DNA from: Octopus vulgaris
Lineage: Eukaryota
Length of the DNA stretch: 64,000 nt
Assembly: GCA_951406725.2 (NCBI GenBank)
Contig: OX597818.1
Coordinates: 58,590,001 to 58,654,000, forward strand
Reading direction: 5' to 3'
The translations under genes were made by a program, and so were the position numbers. Shown one piece after another: positions 14,666 to 28,871 of this stretch. Numbering within the stretch: position 1 is the stretch's first letter; each line of letters starts with the position of its first letter. Under the pieces are notes generated by a model that saw only the letters and a program-made list of their open reading frames with translations, had not been told where the DNA came from and searched no databases.

Positions 14666-14938
14666 CACCATATCAAGTAGGTACTGTAAATGTAGAGTGA
14701 ATACTTGATAAGTGTAAGCACCTGTATATGCTAGATATTTAACATTTACTCTATGCTGAATGGTGGTAGAGTATGGGCAGATTTTTGAAATCCAATGAAT
14801 CTTTATACATTTATACAGTTATACAATTATACAAATATACTTTATCAAGGAGATATGATAAACCTATTATAATGGGTAATACTACATGTACTTTTTATAT
14901 TTTTTTATATTGTGATGTAATCTTTGGACTAACAATGT

Positions 14939-15033
14939 TTGCGGCTGAAGAGAGCTTTAAACCATCTTTTATATCAATAATACACTGATGTAATAACGGA
15001 TTGTTTATAATACTTGAAACACGTGTACCGCAA
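14939..15033 (+). ncRNA. Type I hammerhead motif with extended stem II
   Basis: ttgcgg-CTGAAGA-[64-nt imperfect hairpin gag...ctt]-GAAA-cacgtg-TA-ccgcaa. Stem I is 6 bp, stem III is the palindrome acacgtgt, and (TA)n starts about 35 nt downstream. Confidence 0.8.
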
Positions 15034-15064
15034 TATCCTTTGTGTTCTGTTTTTAATTTATATT

Positions 15065-15126
<62 letters not shown>

Positions 15127-15129
15127 GCA

Positions 15130-15665
15130 CAGTGCGTCCAACATTATTAGGCAAATCATCCTTCTCTCAATAAATCAAGAAATAAATGTACATTCGTTCA
15201 AAGTTGCTTCCCACTGACTACTTGCAACACAAATCTGCGCACATTCTGTTAAAATAAATCGAATCTACGCAGGCGCCAACAAATGGCGGAAATTTGGGGG
15301 AATTAGCAACATTTTCACTGTCACAAATTATTAGGCAAGTACAATATAATTGATGATTGAATCAAAATTAACATTTAAAAACATAATTCAATAGTAAACT
15401 TTTAACAAAATCATTATTCATGAAGGACATCATGGTAAACACAATAATGCGTTGGAATGAAAATAATCATTGGATTAACATTTTGGTGTACCATCTTTCA
15501 GATGCAATAACATTTCTAACGTGCTGATCCAATGAATTTTTCAAGGTGATAATACCTTCTTGTGTTATGCTTTGGCCAGCATCTACAATAGCATCACAGA
15601 GGGTAACATTACATGAGAGCTACCGTCCATATTGGTAAACGCACCTATCGAGGACACTCCACAGG
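15130..15665 (-). mobile_element. Tc1-type transposon right end with transposase C-terminal remnant
   Basis: Terminus CAGTG...attattaggcaa is repeated about 185 bp inside (IR/DR style). Minus strand reads LWSVLDRCVYQYGR*...LCDAIVDAGQSI...SLDQHVRNVI. Confidence 0.7.
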
Positions 15666-15796
15666 TCTGTTCTTATTTAAACTCATATTAAGATAATGGA
15701 AATCGAATATATATAGTGCGTGTATTTTTTTTTTTTTGGTAAAGAAAATGAGCATATACATACATACATACACGAACACATATTTAACATATATAT

Positions 15797-16205
15797 AGGC
15801 GTAGGAGTCGCTGTGTGACAAGTAGCTTGCTTACCAACCACAGGGTTCCGAGTCCAGTCGCACTGCGTGGCACCTTGGGCAAGTGTCTTCTACTATAACC
15901 TCGGGCCGACCAAAGTCTTTTGAGTGGATGTGGTAGACGGAAACTGAAAGAAGCCCGTTGTATATATATATACGTATATATATGTGTGTGTTTGTATGTA
16001 TATGTTTGTGTGTCTGTGTTTGTCCCCCTAACATCGCTTGACAACCGATGCAGGTGTGTTTATATCCCCGCCAATTAGCAGTTCGACAAGAGAGACCGAT
16101 AGAATAAGTACTAAGCTTGTAAAAAATAAGTCCTGGGGGTCGACTTGCTCGACTAAAGGCGGTGCTCCAGCATGGCCGCATTCAAATGACTGAAACAAAT
16201 AAAAT
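15797..16205 (+). mobile_element. SINE family B
   Basis: Full-length match. Confidence 0.9.
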
Positions 16206-16219
16206 CATATAAGAATATT

Positions 16220-16261
<42 letters not shown>

Positions 16262-16363
16262 GGAGTAAACACATAAATGTGAAACAAGGTGGAAAAAAGA
16301 TTACTCAAATACCAGTGGTAGAGTAATATGCTTTATTTTAAGCAGCAGAAAATTCTACAAAAT

Positions 16364-16401
16364 CTGTTACTCTGAGTTTCTCGTTGCCGTTCATCAGACA
16401 G
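16364..16401 (-). ncRNA. Minimal type I hammerhead motif (mirror copy)
   Basis: Reverse complement of 16443-16480. Confidence 0.8.
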
Positions 16402-16442
16402 TTTTTGCTAGAATTAATATATATGTTCCATTCTAGCAAAAA

Positions 16443-16480
16443 CTGTCTGATGAACGGCAACGAGAAACTCAGAGTAACAG
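16443..16480 (+). ncRNA. Minimal type I hammerhead motif
   Basis: ctgt-CTGATGA-a.cg(gcaa)cg.a-GAAA-ctcagag-TA-acag. Confidence 0.8.
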
Positions 16481-16513
16481 ATTTTGTTGAATTTTCTGCT
16501 GCTTAAAATAAAG

Positions 16514-16546
<33 letters not shown>

Positions 16547-17516
16547 ATATATGCAGGTCAGTGTGTGATTTATTTTTATATCCTATCATACTATACTAAC
16601 TTGCATGTATTTCATAGTTAATAGGTTTTCAAGAATTATACCTTGGGTTATATAACCGTGTAAGTTAAACCCTTGTCTATTATCAATGAATCATGCATGA
16701 AACGTAATTTTTTCCCGTCAAGAAAACGAATGAGATTTCATTAAAATTCATAAAAGAGTCTCTGATACGTATATTATGAAGAATAATCTTCGAAGAAACT
16801 ACCTCTCGGCGACCAAGCATATAATGTGAAATCCAGAACCTTTTTCCTATTCATGTATGTGAGAGATGTTTTTTTACTTTATAAATTGAAAATTTTCCGC
16901 TTCAGAATCACAATTGATCAGAAACGGACGTCCCTTCTGGGAATTATCATGAGCTGAAATAACAATTAGATAGCGTCTTTGGCTTGCTACACAAATGGAA
17001 TTCGCAGTTGTATTTCAACACACAATCATTTCCCAGTCGAACCTAACGTACATAAACCTAACAGAACTGGGAAAAAAAGAAATCCTAATCTTTCTTGACG
17101 GACTATTTCCTCAAACGTTATATTATCTTCCAGTTCTAATCCAGATTTCTGCAACATTCCGTCCTCCTATCTCTTGCAGATGCTATAGGAAAAATATAGC
17201 CTCCGGTCGTCTATGAAAAACGTGAATCTAAACAATAAAACACCGATTTTTAAACTTCATAGCAATTACATTTACCTTCATTCTTCTTTGCTGTCTACAC
17301 CTTATCAATTAAAAAAATGTATACAAACAGAATTCGTACTCTTTCATCACAATGAAACCTGAAACTTCATAACAATATTCTGTGAATTTTATCTGCACCA
17401 TTGTCTGACCTTATAACTTTCATTTCACTACAATCTGTGATATAATCGCTCGTAGAATGTTATGATACCTGTCCCTTTATATGACCCTGAATGGTTCGGT
17501 ATCTATTTCAAAAATA

Positions 17517-17742
17517 GGCGAGCTGGCAGAAACGTTAGCACGCCAGGCGAGATGCTTAACAGTATTTCGTCTGCCGCTACGTTCTGAGTTCAAATTCCGC
17601 CGAGGTCGACTTTGCCCTTCATCCTTTCGGGGTCGATAAATTAAGTACCAGTTACGCACTGGGGTCGATGTAATCGACTTAACCCGTTTGTCTCTCTTTG
17701 TCTGTCCCCTCTGTTTAGCCTCTTGTGGGTAGTAAAGAAATA
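17517..17742 (+). mobile_element. SINE family A
   Basis: Full copy; TSD ggtatctattt at 17498 and 17743. Confidence 0.9.
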
Positions 17743-17902
17743 GGTATCTATTTAAAAACATATCGAAATCAACACCTGGCATTCTTTTGTTAAGAGGAGT
17801 AGCATATACCTTGCCATACTGGACGGCTTCTGTTTTTCATAATCCTCTCACATTAAAATTTAAACAAAATATTAAGACAAATGCAAATATATATGCGCCG
17901 TT

Positions 17903-18292
17903 GGAGGCGCAATGGCCCAGTGGTTAGGGCAGCGGACTCGCGGTCATAGGATCGCGGTTTCGATTCCCAGACCGGGCGTTGTGAGTGTTTATTGAGCGAA
18001 AACACCTAAAAGCTCCACGATGCTCCGGCAGGGGATGGTGGTGATCCCTGCTGTACTCTTTCACCACAGCTTTCTCTCACTCTTCCTTCCTGTTTCTGTT
18101 GTACCTGTATTTCAAGGGGCCGGCCTTGTCACTCTCTGTGTCAAGCTGAATATCCCCGAGAACTACGTTAAGGGTACACGTGTCTGTGGAGTGCTCAGCC
18201 ACTTACACGTTAATTTGACGAGCAGGCTGTTCCGTTGATTCGGATCAACCGGAACCCTCATCGTCGTAACCGACGGAGTGCTTCCACCATTT
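17903..18292 (+). mobile_element. SINE family C, tail type 1
   Basis: TSD tatatgcgccgt at 17890-17901/18293-18304. Confidence 0.9.
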
Positions 18293-18777
18293 TATATGCG
18301 CCGTAACAAAACATCGATTGTGCGCTTGAAAATAGCATTTTTTTAAAGCCATATCATTGCAGGCGCTTCGTTGTAAAACGATGATGATTATGTAAATGCT
18401 ACAAGAGCAATTCGAAGCTGCTTGTATTTCGTACAGAGCCGTGTGGGTGTGCACACATTTGTGACTAAAAATATTCTAAGTCGGATGAAGAAATTACAAC
18501 ACCTACTGTTAGTGGTACAGACCACTATACTGAGTTTTGATAATTTAGTGCTATATGCTTTACTTAAAACTCATGTCTGTAAAATGGATTTCTAATAACA
18601 GACTCAAACGACCACATTCATTCGCACGCAGAAACACGTTAACGCTCAAATGATAATAAAACTTAACGACAAAGACATCATGATCAGAAAAGCTACTTAT
18701 GTTTCGTATATAGAAATGTTTGCAGGCACGCTTCTCCTAAAAAAAATATTCGAAGTCAGATCAAAAGATAACAACCA

Positions 18778-18835
<58 letters not shown>

Positions 18836-19397
18836 AAGAAAGTTAAGAGATGCTAAACTAAATTTATAAAAAGCATTTCAGTACCGGTTTCAGTCATTGA
18901 GCCTTTTTTAACTGTAAGTATGGAAAATAAATTTTGGAAAAAAAAAAACTAAAAGAAAAGGTTTTAAAAGCATATCTGCATAGTATTCAAATACAAGGGG
19001 CATATCCGTTGTTAACTCTTGCGGGTTCGAGGTCGTTGTGAATTCTTGGCATGGAAGAAGAAGGAGAAGACGAAGAAGAAGAAGAGTGGGTAGGAGAAGA
19101 AGAATGCGGGGGGCCATGATAGTAGGAGGATGTTAAATGGTCAAGTTTAGTGAAAGTGACTTGTGGAGGGTAGTAGGGTTCCTTTTCAACCTTCTACAAT
19201 CGCACACACACAAACATATATATATTATTGACTTTAGAGTCCCCTTACAGCGTGTGGTTTTACTTATAATAATAGCTCTTCATAGAATGACGCATTTTAT
19301 ATATAAACTATAATATATACTTACTTTGTAAACATTTTTTCCAGACTACTTGATGAAATCTTATATAGGTTTTATTCTTATATTTTATTTATTATAC

Positions 19398-19430
<33 letters not shown>

Positions 19431-20020
19431 GAGCATTTACGGAGGAATTGTTCGGAACGTTATCCCAACACCGAAAAAACCAAATGACTAAGTGATATTG
19501 TTTTCTTCAGATTCTTTAAACTGTAGCTTAATACATAAAATACAAAGTTAAAGAAAATGGAACCTGGAAAAATTGGCGTGAAACTCGGAGCATTTCTCTT
19601 GTGATTTAAACATTATCAAGTAGTGTCAAACAAATAATAATAATAATAATAATAATAATATAATTATTTAAAGCGCAGGCTGTCTGAATTCTTATTGTAC
19701 CAAGCAGAACTCATGGTGGAACTTCGTCCGTGCCTGCGTTCTGAGTTCAAATTCTGCCGAGATTGGAATCTTTTTTTCCAGGTCTGTAAAATAAGTACTA
19801 GCTCCGCCCAAAACTACTGGCGTTGTGCTAGCATTTGAAAACCATATAGCCGACTGGTGTATTATAGCATGATTTTGTGTGTTTGCGGTTATGTCTTTTA
19901 CACCTGTTAACGTTCTAACAGGATTCTTTCTAATTTTGGCACAAAGCTAGCTATTTTGGGGAGAACGAGTTAGTCGTTTGTTTCGAATCCACTGCTCGAC
20001 TGATAATTATCATATTGATA

Positions 20021-20610
20021 ATGGCAGAAACGTTAGCACGCCGGGCGAAATGCTTAGCAGTATTTCATCAGCCGCCTCGTTCTGAGTTCAAATTCCGCCG
20101 AGGTCGACTTTGCCTTTCATCCTTTCGGGGTCGATTAAATAAGTACCAGTTACGCACTGAGGTCGATATAATCGACTTAATCCGTTTGTCTGTCCTTGTT
20201 TGTCCGCTCTGTGTTTAGCCCCTTGTGGGCAGTAAAGAAATAAGTATTCGTCAACCGCTGCGTTCTGAGTTCAAATTCCGCGGAGGTCGAATTTGCCTTT
20301 CATCCTTTCGGGGTCGACTAAATAAGTACCAGTTACACACAGAGGTCGATATAATCGACTTAATCCGTTTGTCTGTCCTTCTTTGTCCGCTCTGTGTTTA
20401 GCCCCTTGTGGGCAGTAAAGAAATAAGTATTCGTCAACCGCTGCGTTCTGAGTTCAAATTCCGCGGAGGTCGAATTTGCCTTTCATCCTTTCGGGGTCGA
20501 TTAAATAAGTACCAGTTACACACTGAGGTCGATATAATCGACTTAATCCGTTTGTCTGTCCTTGTTTGTCCTCTCTATGTTTAGCACCTTGTGCGTAGTA
20601 AAGAAATAGG
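20021..20610 (+). mobile_element. SINE family A trimer
   Basis: Three ~183-bp units behind one head; TSD taattatcatattgat at 20004-20019/20611-20626. Confidence 0.9.
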
Positions 20611-22071
20611 TAATTATCATATTGATTTCGAAAGGATAAATACGGAGTCCACATCGGTGTTACTTGAACTAATACCACACATAGACAGAACAAATACTTC
20701 GGCACTTTTTTTGTATCGCGATAACTACGATTCTACTAGCTTGCCTATTTCAGTTCAGACAATTTGTGTTGCAGGATTCCCTATGGGAAAATGTATGTTA
20801 AACAGATAATGTTACACCTTGGAACGGTCATATTTTTTTGTGATCTGATAACCTGATGGATTCGAGCAACTAATGACCTCCTCGAGAGATGTCTGACCTG
20901 GTGCAGACAATAGAAATCAATTTACAAGTGATACAGCTAGCACGTTCTATACGATAATAATGCCACTCATATGTACTTGTATTTTAATTTCTAGACGGTG
21001 AGAAAAAATATTCTAGTAAAACTGATGCCTATTTAAGGAACTACGTGTTTTGAAAGATAATAGCTAAAGTCGAAATTATATATCTAATTGAATAAAGTAT
21101 TCATTAAACATTGAAAATTAAATCAGGTATATGACTGTAAGTGAATTCCTTCGATCTCTCTCTTGTTTTTCAGATTTCTTCTCGTTCTTCATTCGCAACA
21201 CACACGCACATACATATACATATACGACATGCTCTTGCTCTCACTCTATTTGTCTCTCACCACTCACACAAACACACAGACATACACACACGTATTTGTT
21301 AAGTCTCACTGTCAATGCACGTGCTTATATTTGCACACACAAACATAGATCGAATCCATTCCTGATTTTATCGATCATCTAGATGAATGAGAAACAAAAC
21401 GGGAATTTGAAATCTGGTCGTAACGGAAAGAAATCTATAAAACGACAGCAGTTCAATGAATACAACTATTGACAAGCTTGCCAAACTCAATCATACTGAT
21501 TTCAAAGTTTGGTACAAGGCCAGCAATTACGGGGAAGAAAGTAAGTCGATTACATCAACTGGTACTTATTTTATCGACCCCCGAAAGTAGAAAAGGTGAA
21601 GTTGACCCAGGTGGCATTTAAACTCAGAGCTTAAAGTCAGAAGAAAACGTACTAAGCATTTTTCCTTGCGAGGTATCGAGTCCGCCATCTCGCCGCCTCC
21701 GCAACCTCATTCGTATTATTAACAATATTTCTCAGGTCTTCGCTTTTTAGAAAATAATTTTTCTCACTATGTGTGACATAGATGTGTGCAAATGTTTGAT
21801 GTGTGCAAATGAGTATAAGTGAAATAAAAAATATTTCAACATACACGCCTGTTTTATTTTGAGATTTGCTTTAAAATCATACATTACTGGATAAAAACCG
21901 ACGTCGATATACTCAGCCAAATGCGTTTTGCGACACAATTCCTTCCACGGTATTCAAACAAGCGAGTCGCATCGTATTCCCGATGTCTTGTGTAGTAGAT
22001 ATAATCCATCAGTGAATTTAACACTACTAGACGTGAAGTGCTTTTGAAGGAAATTCTTATTTTACACATTT

Positions 22072-22660
22072 AGGAGCAGGCTTGGCTGTATGGTTACAAG
22101 ATTATTAGCCACCACATGGTTCTAGGTCAGTCCCACAGCACAGCAACAAAGGCAAGCGTCTTCTACTATAACGTTGGGCTAATCAAAGCCATGTGAATCA
22201 ATGTCGTAGACTGAAACTGAAAGAAACCCGTTGTATATACATACATACATTTATACACACACACATACATAAACGACATAATACATACATACACACATAC
22301 ATTTATACACACACACATACATAAACGACATAATACATACATACACACATGTAAAAATATATATAAATATATATGTATGTATGTGTGTATATATATATAT
22401 ATATTTCCACATCACCGCCACCACGTTTAACAACCGCTGTTAGTGCGTTTACATCCCCGTAACTTAGCGGTTAAACCAAACACAAATAGAATAAGTAACA
22501 GGTTTGAAGAAATTAAGTACTGGGGCTGAATCATTTGACTAAAATTTCTTCAAGACCGTTCCCCATTATGGCACCCAGCATGGTACCCAGCATAGTACCC
22601 AGCATGGTACCCAGCATGCCACCCAGTCTAATGGTGACAGTCCAATGGTTTATACATGAA
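22072..22660 (+). mobile_element. Diverged SINE family B with a 12-bp tandem expansion (cccagcatggta) in the tail
   Basis: Head, body and tail recognisable; tandem repeats at ~22574-22626. Confidence 0.75.
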
Positions 22661-22961
22661 ATAGTTAAAAACAACGATGGGTATTTGAACACATTACACA
22701 TGTAAAATATTCAGCTTTAATTCTCTACAACATCATTTTCATTTCAAATCATTTTAAGAGTGAACACTGGCAAAATAGTTGGTACACCTTATACAATGCT
22801 TGTCGGTGTTTCTTCTGGCCTTACTTTCTAAACACCATTGCAATCGGGGTCGACCTTGCATTGCATCCTTACCAGATCGTTGAGATAAGTGTGAAACGAA
22901 AGGGGTCCATATAATTTATTCCCCACTTCCGTCAAAATATGTTGGACTTGTCCGAAAAATA

Positions 22962-22999
<38 letters not shown>

Positions 23000-23210
23000 C
23001 TTGTGAATTGATACACATAATTGGAATGAAAATGTATTCCTTTCTCCCATATGTTACTCCCGGGATCGCTGTAATTTTTCTTTCAACTATTGTACAACGT
23101 TGTAGAAATGTCTATAATGAAGCCGCGCTGTAACAGATCCATGTAGATATTGTGTTCAATCAGTACGTGCATATTAATGCAGTATAGATTCAGAAATACA
23201 TACATGTATA

Positions 23211-23317
<107 letters not shown>

Positions 23318-24129
23318 CGGTGTTGACCAGACTATCGGATGATACTAAGAATCGCTGGTCCTTTTAGCTTCCACTGACGACACCCCCAACCGCTGGGCGG
23401 GTGAGTAGTCCAACATTTCCCCTGTTTGATAAAAACTAGTCCGTTGCAGGGTGACCTTTATACCGCTAAGTGGACTCGAACAACGTTAAATGTATGACAT
23501 GCTTTGTAGAAGAAAACAGCGCGCGCACGGTCTGGGAATCGATCTCTCAATCTACCGATAGTGAGTCCAGACATCCTGACCGCTATGCCACGCTGCTTCA
23601 GAGACTCACTTTCACGCACACACACACACATACATACACACACACACACAGATAAAAACGCACACACATATGTATATCTGTATGTATGTATGCATATGTG
23701 TGTGTATGTATGTATGTATGTATGTATGTATGTATGTATGTATATATGAATGTATAAATACACGATAGCATGTGTGTGTGTTCATTAAAGTCTTTGTACC
23801 TGCATTTCATGTACAGAATATTTCTTGCCCAGTTTTTATCAACCGAATTCCCGTAGAATTATATTTCTCAAGAGAAGTTCATCATAAAGTCAATTCCAAG
23901 ATTCCATACATTATCGACACATTCATTGCGATAGAAAAACTCACGTCTCTCTACATTCTTAGTAAAACATTATTTTATTCATGGAAGATTTTAAAGCCTT
24001 CAATCAAAGAATTCCATAGATGCTCTATATGGTAATAGAATTAATGTTATATATATATATATATGTGTGTGAGTGTGTGAGTGTGTGTACTTTGAAATGG
24101 ATGGGTGAGTTCAATCAAGTAATAATACG

Positions 24130-24194
<65 letters not shown>

Positions 24195-24221
24195 TATATA
24201 AATATATATATATATATATAA

Positions 24222-24718
24222 CGGGAAGCTTTATGAAAATAAACAAAAGACGAAGGCAGGTGGAAAACAAACGAACAATTGTATTAGTATGGCGCTCAGG
24301 AAATATAAATAAAACAAGTCTTTAACGTTTCGAGCCTACGCTCTTCAACAGAAAGATACACAGAGAGAGAAAAACACAGAAAGAAGGAGAGAAAAAAAAT
24401 GCGTGCAGTAGCTAACGAATCAACATGGCGATCTTTTTTCTTTTTTTCTTTTTTTTTTTTTTTTTTTTTTTGGGAGGGAAGAGATGCCACTAGGGGGGCA
24501 AGGACACGGTCGAGGTATTTAGAGATGAACTCCGTGGGGCAGTTACAGGCGGAGACGATGGGGCGGCCAGGGTTGTTGGGTTTGTGGATTTTGGGGAGGA
24601 AGTAAATGGTGGGGGTACGTGGGGTTCGCACAATTAGGTTGGATGCGGTGCGGGGAGACGGGAGGACGAGATGAGGTCTTGGACAGTAGAGGATACCGTC
24701 TGTTGGTAGCTACGTGTG
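24222..24718 (-). mobile_element. Internally deleted PLE: RT N-terminal fragment joined to an HHR pLTR
   Basis: [41 protein letters not shown] carries the PLE RT motif LPKIHK..PGRPIVS, followed by an A-rich tract and the HHR cassette. (TA)n on both sides. Confidence 0.88.
24319..24356 (-). ncRNA. Variant minimal hammerhead motif (CUGUUGA core)
   Basis: Minus strand reads tcttt-CTGTTGA-a-gagc(gtag)gctc-GAAA-cg-TT-aaaga, directly downstream of a PLE RT fragment. Confidence 0.6.
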
Positions 24719-24752
<34 letters not shown>

Positions 24753-24793
24753 GTATGTATATGTATATATGTATATGTATATATGTATATGTA

Positions 24794-24866
<73 letters not shown>

Positions 24867-24867
24867 A

Positions 24868-25031
24868 AGACGTGCTTCTTTCAGTTCCTGTCTACAAAGT
24901 CCGCTCTGAAGGCTTTGGCCGGCCCAAGGCTATAGTAGAAAACACTTGCCCAAGGTGCCATGCAGCGGGATTGAACCCAGAACCATGTGGTTAGTAAGCA
25001 AGTTACTTACCACACAGCCACTCCTTCGCCT
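24868..25031 (-). mobile_element. SINE B 5' half (other halves or decayed copies at ~6850-7150, 26232-26392, 28876-29035, 30014-30330)
   Basis: Similarity stops at the internal microsatellite. Confidence 0.82.
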
Positions 25032-25110
25032 ATATATATATATATGTGTGTGAGTGTGTGAGTGTGTGTACTTTGAAATGGATGGGTGAGTTCAATCAAG
25101 TAATAATACG

Positions 25111-25155
<45 letters not shown>

Positions 25156-25162
<7 letters not shown>

Positions 25163-25458
25163 ATCACGTGACCGACCAGACCATCAGATGTTGCTACACC
25201 TCGCTGGTCACAATGCGCTTCGCGTTGTTTTAGCCTTCGAATGACGCCACCCCGCTCGCTAAGCGAGCAAGCCAACAGAAGGAAGATGACAGAAAGAGTG
25301 GTGAAAGAGTACAGCACGGATCACCACCCCCTGCCGGAGACTCGGGGAGCTTTTTGGTGTTTACGCTCAATAAACATACACAACGCCCGGTCTGGGAATT
25401 GAAACTGCGATCCTACGACCGCGTGTCCGCTGCCCTAACCACTTGGCCTTTGCGCCTC
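25156..25458 (-). mobile_element. SINE family C, tail type 2
   Basis: Same head and body as 17903; the tail ends ggtcggtcacgtgatcacgtg. Lies in (TA)n. Confidence 0.87.
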
Positions 25459-25459
25459 G

Positions 25460-25530
<71 letters not shown>

Positions 25531-25536
25531 TACACA

Positions 25537-25621
<85 letters not shown>

Positions 25622-26634
25622 TGAAATTATACTTTAGAATACTAATTTATGGTGAGGGAGGAAAAAAAAAATGCATCTACAATAAAAGAAAATCAAAATG
25701 TATTGTATACAAAATCTTCAACAAACGTTGCAGTGCGTTAACTGCACAAGAGCTAATGTTTAGAGGAAGAAGTGCAATAAAACGACGGTATATATACAGA
25801 ATTCAAAAATGTGATGATAGTCGATTGTATCAATGTCCGTTTTTCATTGAGAATAGTATATTGAAATGAAAAATGCCGGTCAAAACGTTTTCTCGCAGTA
25901 ATTCGGCTCATGCTTTCATTAAGTAAATGAAGGTTTTTAAACTGAGCCGAAAATTGAAGAAATCTCCTTCATCAAATTATACATATTATTAGATTGATAT
26001 TTCACAGAAAACTCTGCAGATACCATGTTCGAAACGCACATGGATACAAACACAAAAACACACACAAAGACACACACACACACGCATACACACTTACACC
26101 ATACACGTATATATACATACACACACACACATACACACTTAGACCATACACATATATATATACATACATACACACACACATACACAATTACACCATACAC
26201 ATATATATACATACACACACACATATATATATACGACGAGCTGCTTTCAGTTCTCGTCTACCAAATCCACTCACAAGGTTATGCTTCGCTCGAGTCTATC
26301 GTAGAAGACATTTGCCGAAGTATTCGTAGAATAGATTGAATCTGGAACCATGTAACGTAGAAGCAAGTTTCATACCACACAGCAATGCCTGTACATATTT
26401 GTGTACCTGCGTGTGGGTATGTGTATGTGTGTGTGTGTATGTGTGTGTGTTTGTATGTATATATGTACACTTTTATGTACACTTTTTTATGTAAATTCCT
26501 TTATGTACACTGATTTGTTCTGCTTTTTATATTTAACCCTACAGTCTCTTATATGGTGGTTTAATAAAGTATGTGATTGAGTATTATCTGGTAATTGATA
26601 TTTGATTTAGATGTATTTCTCCATTTTCTTATCT

Positions 26635-26767
<133 letters not shown>

Positions 26768-27244
26768 ATACATATATATATATATATATATATTTCTTTT
26801 ATTTATTTTCTCTTTAATTTCTCTCCTTGTTTCTTTCTGTGTTGTTTTTTGTGGAAGAGCGCAGGCGCGAAACGTTAAAGACTTTTTCACTTCCCGAGCG
26901 TTCTCGTCTTTCGTTTCCTCTTTTTGTTTGAATTCTCCCTATATATATATATATAAGTTTGATATGTGTGTGTGAATTTATATTTATATACACACATAGA
27001 CGCATACATACATACATACATACATACATACATACATACATACATACATACATACAAACATACATACATACATATGTATATGGGTGTATGTGTGTGTGCG
27101 CGCGTTTGTGAGATTTGCAAAGCATAAAGTGCTATTTTGGGTCTTTTTAACGATCAATATAGACAAACCACGAAGCCATTTTTACTAAGTATATAGAGGT
27201 TTTAAATGTATACTTTAAAAAATGCGTATGCATTAACAAAAAAC

Positions 27245-27461
<217 letters not shown>

Positions 27462-28110
27462 CTGTTCCTCATCGATAGCAATTAATCGCATTAAACTATT
27501 TAATCATTAATATTCCAAAAATATGAATAAATTGGACCGGTATTGAAACCTTGGAACAAAGTGCGATATTAATGTTCTACTCTGAAGCGAAAATCTATTT
27601 ATAGCAAAAATTTATAAAAGCTCCAACGAAGGTCACAGCTTCAAGAAATAAAAAAAAAATTATACAAGTCTTAACTAGGCGCAGTGAGATATATGGAAAT
27701 TAAAATAGAACGGTACGTAGGATAACTATGAATGCATCAAAACGTCAAGATAAAAGCTTAAAGAAAATATCATAGTGGATTAGAGTGTTTTAGTGAAGTA
27801 GGACGGAAAAGAAACAAATGCAAAACATGTGATGGTATCGTTAAAAACGAGCAAACATAACGGAGCGTACGCAGAGGCGTATAGAGACACGAATACACAA
27901 ATGGAATCACTCCCACATACGTGTTTCATTCATTCTGCATGTAGTACAAAAAAACATGTGGAGATCTCCATAAGAATGTATACAAGTGTTGTAGCTGTAA
28001 CACACCGGCGCACACGCTCACACAGGTACACACTTATGCCCAGATTCATATATGTGTGTGTGCATCTATGTATATACATATACATGTGTGTCTGTGTGTC
28101 TGCGTGTATG

Positions 28111-28276
<166 letters not shown>

Positions 28277-28420
28277 GAAAATAAGCAACAAGGATATCCA
28301 AAGGTAGTGTAGTACAATCTTTTCATGCTACTTCATTTAATTAAACAATGTAAGTATTATTTCAATTTTAAAATGTAGAGCACTCTTCAGCCACATATGG
28401 AATTATAACAATTAAATTGA

Positions 28421-28473
<53 letters not shown>

Positions 28474-28835
28474 TAAATAGATCTGCGTGTATGTATTACG
28501 TATGAATCTATGTATGACAGAGATAGACAACCGGCGTAGAAAATGTGTATGGTGCGGGTCTCGTGACCAAAATAGCGTTACTGGCGTTCCTGAACTGGCC
28601 GGTGCGTCGAGTCCTTGAGCAAGACATTGTTTTTTGTTGTTGTTGTTGTTGTTGTCTTGTGTTGGCTTACTTCAACTTGGCATTCTTCATCCCTCAGTTT
28701 TCTTCTAATTGAACAGTGTGAGAGTCGAGAGGGAATTCTTGCTTTGCTTGCTGTTACTGCCAGTTTCAACAAAATATATGAAGCAAGGTAAATGCCGCAC
28801 GTGGATTATAAATAAGTATACACATATACTGTACA

Positions 28836-28871
<36 letters not shown>

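Larger units (their letters stand above)
16261..16513. mobile_element. Small HHR fold-back element (84-bp arms, 15-nt spacer) in (TA)n
   Basis: 16331-16414 and 16430-16513 are inverted with one mismatch. The minus-strand copy extends on to 16261. Confidence 0.88.
24065..25116. repeat. 71-bp perfect direct repeat pair (24065-24135, 25046-25116)
   Basis: gtgtgtgagtg...gtactttgaaatggatgggtgagttcaatcaagtaataatacgaataat occurs twice, 981 bp apart. Confidence 0.9.

Noticed and set aside
19440-19514. CTGANGA matches at 19504-19510 (minus), ~23374, ~50168 and ~51609 as hammerheads
   Set aside because: No GAAA, stem III and stem I in register.
20021-20610. CRISPR-like or satellite array
   Set aside because: Units are contiguous SINE bodies with no unique spacers, in a eukaryotic context.
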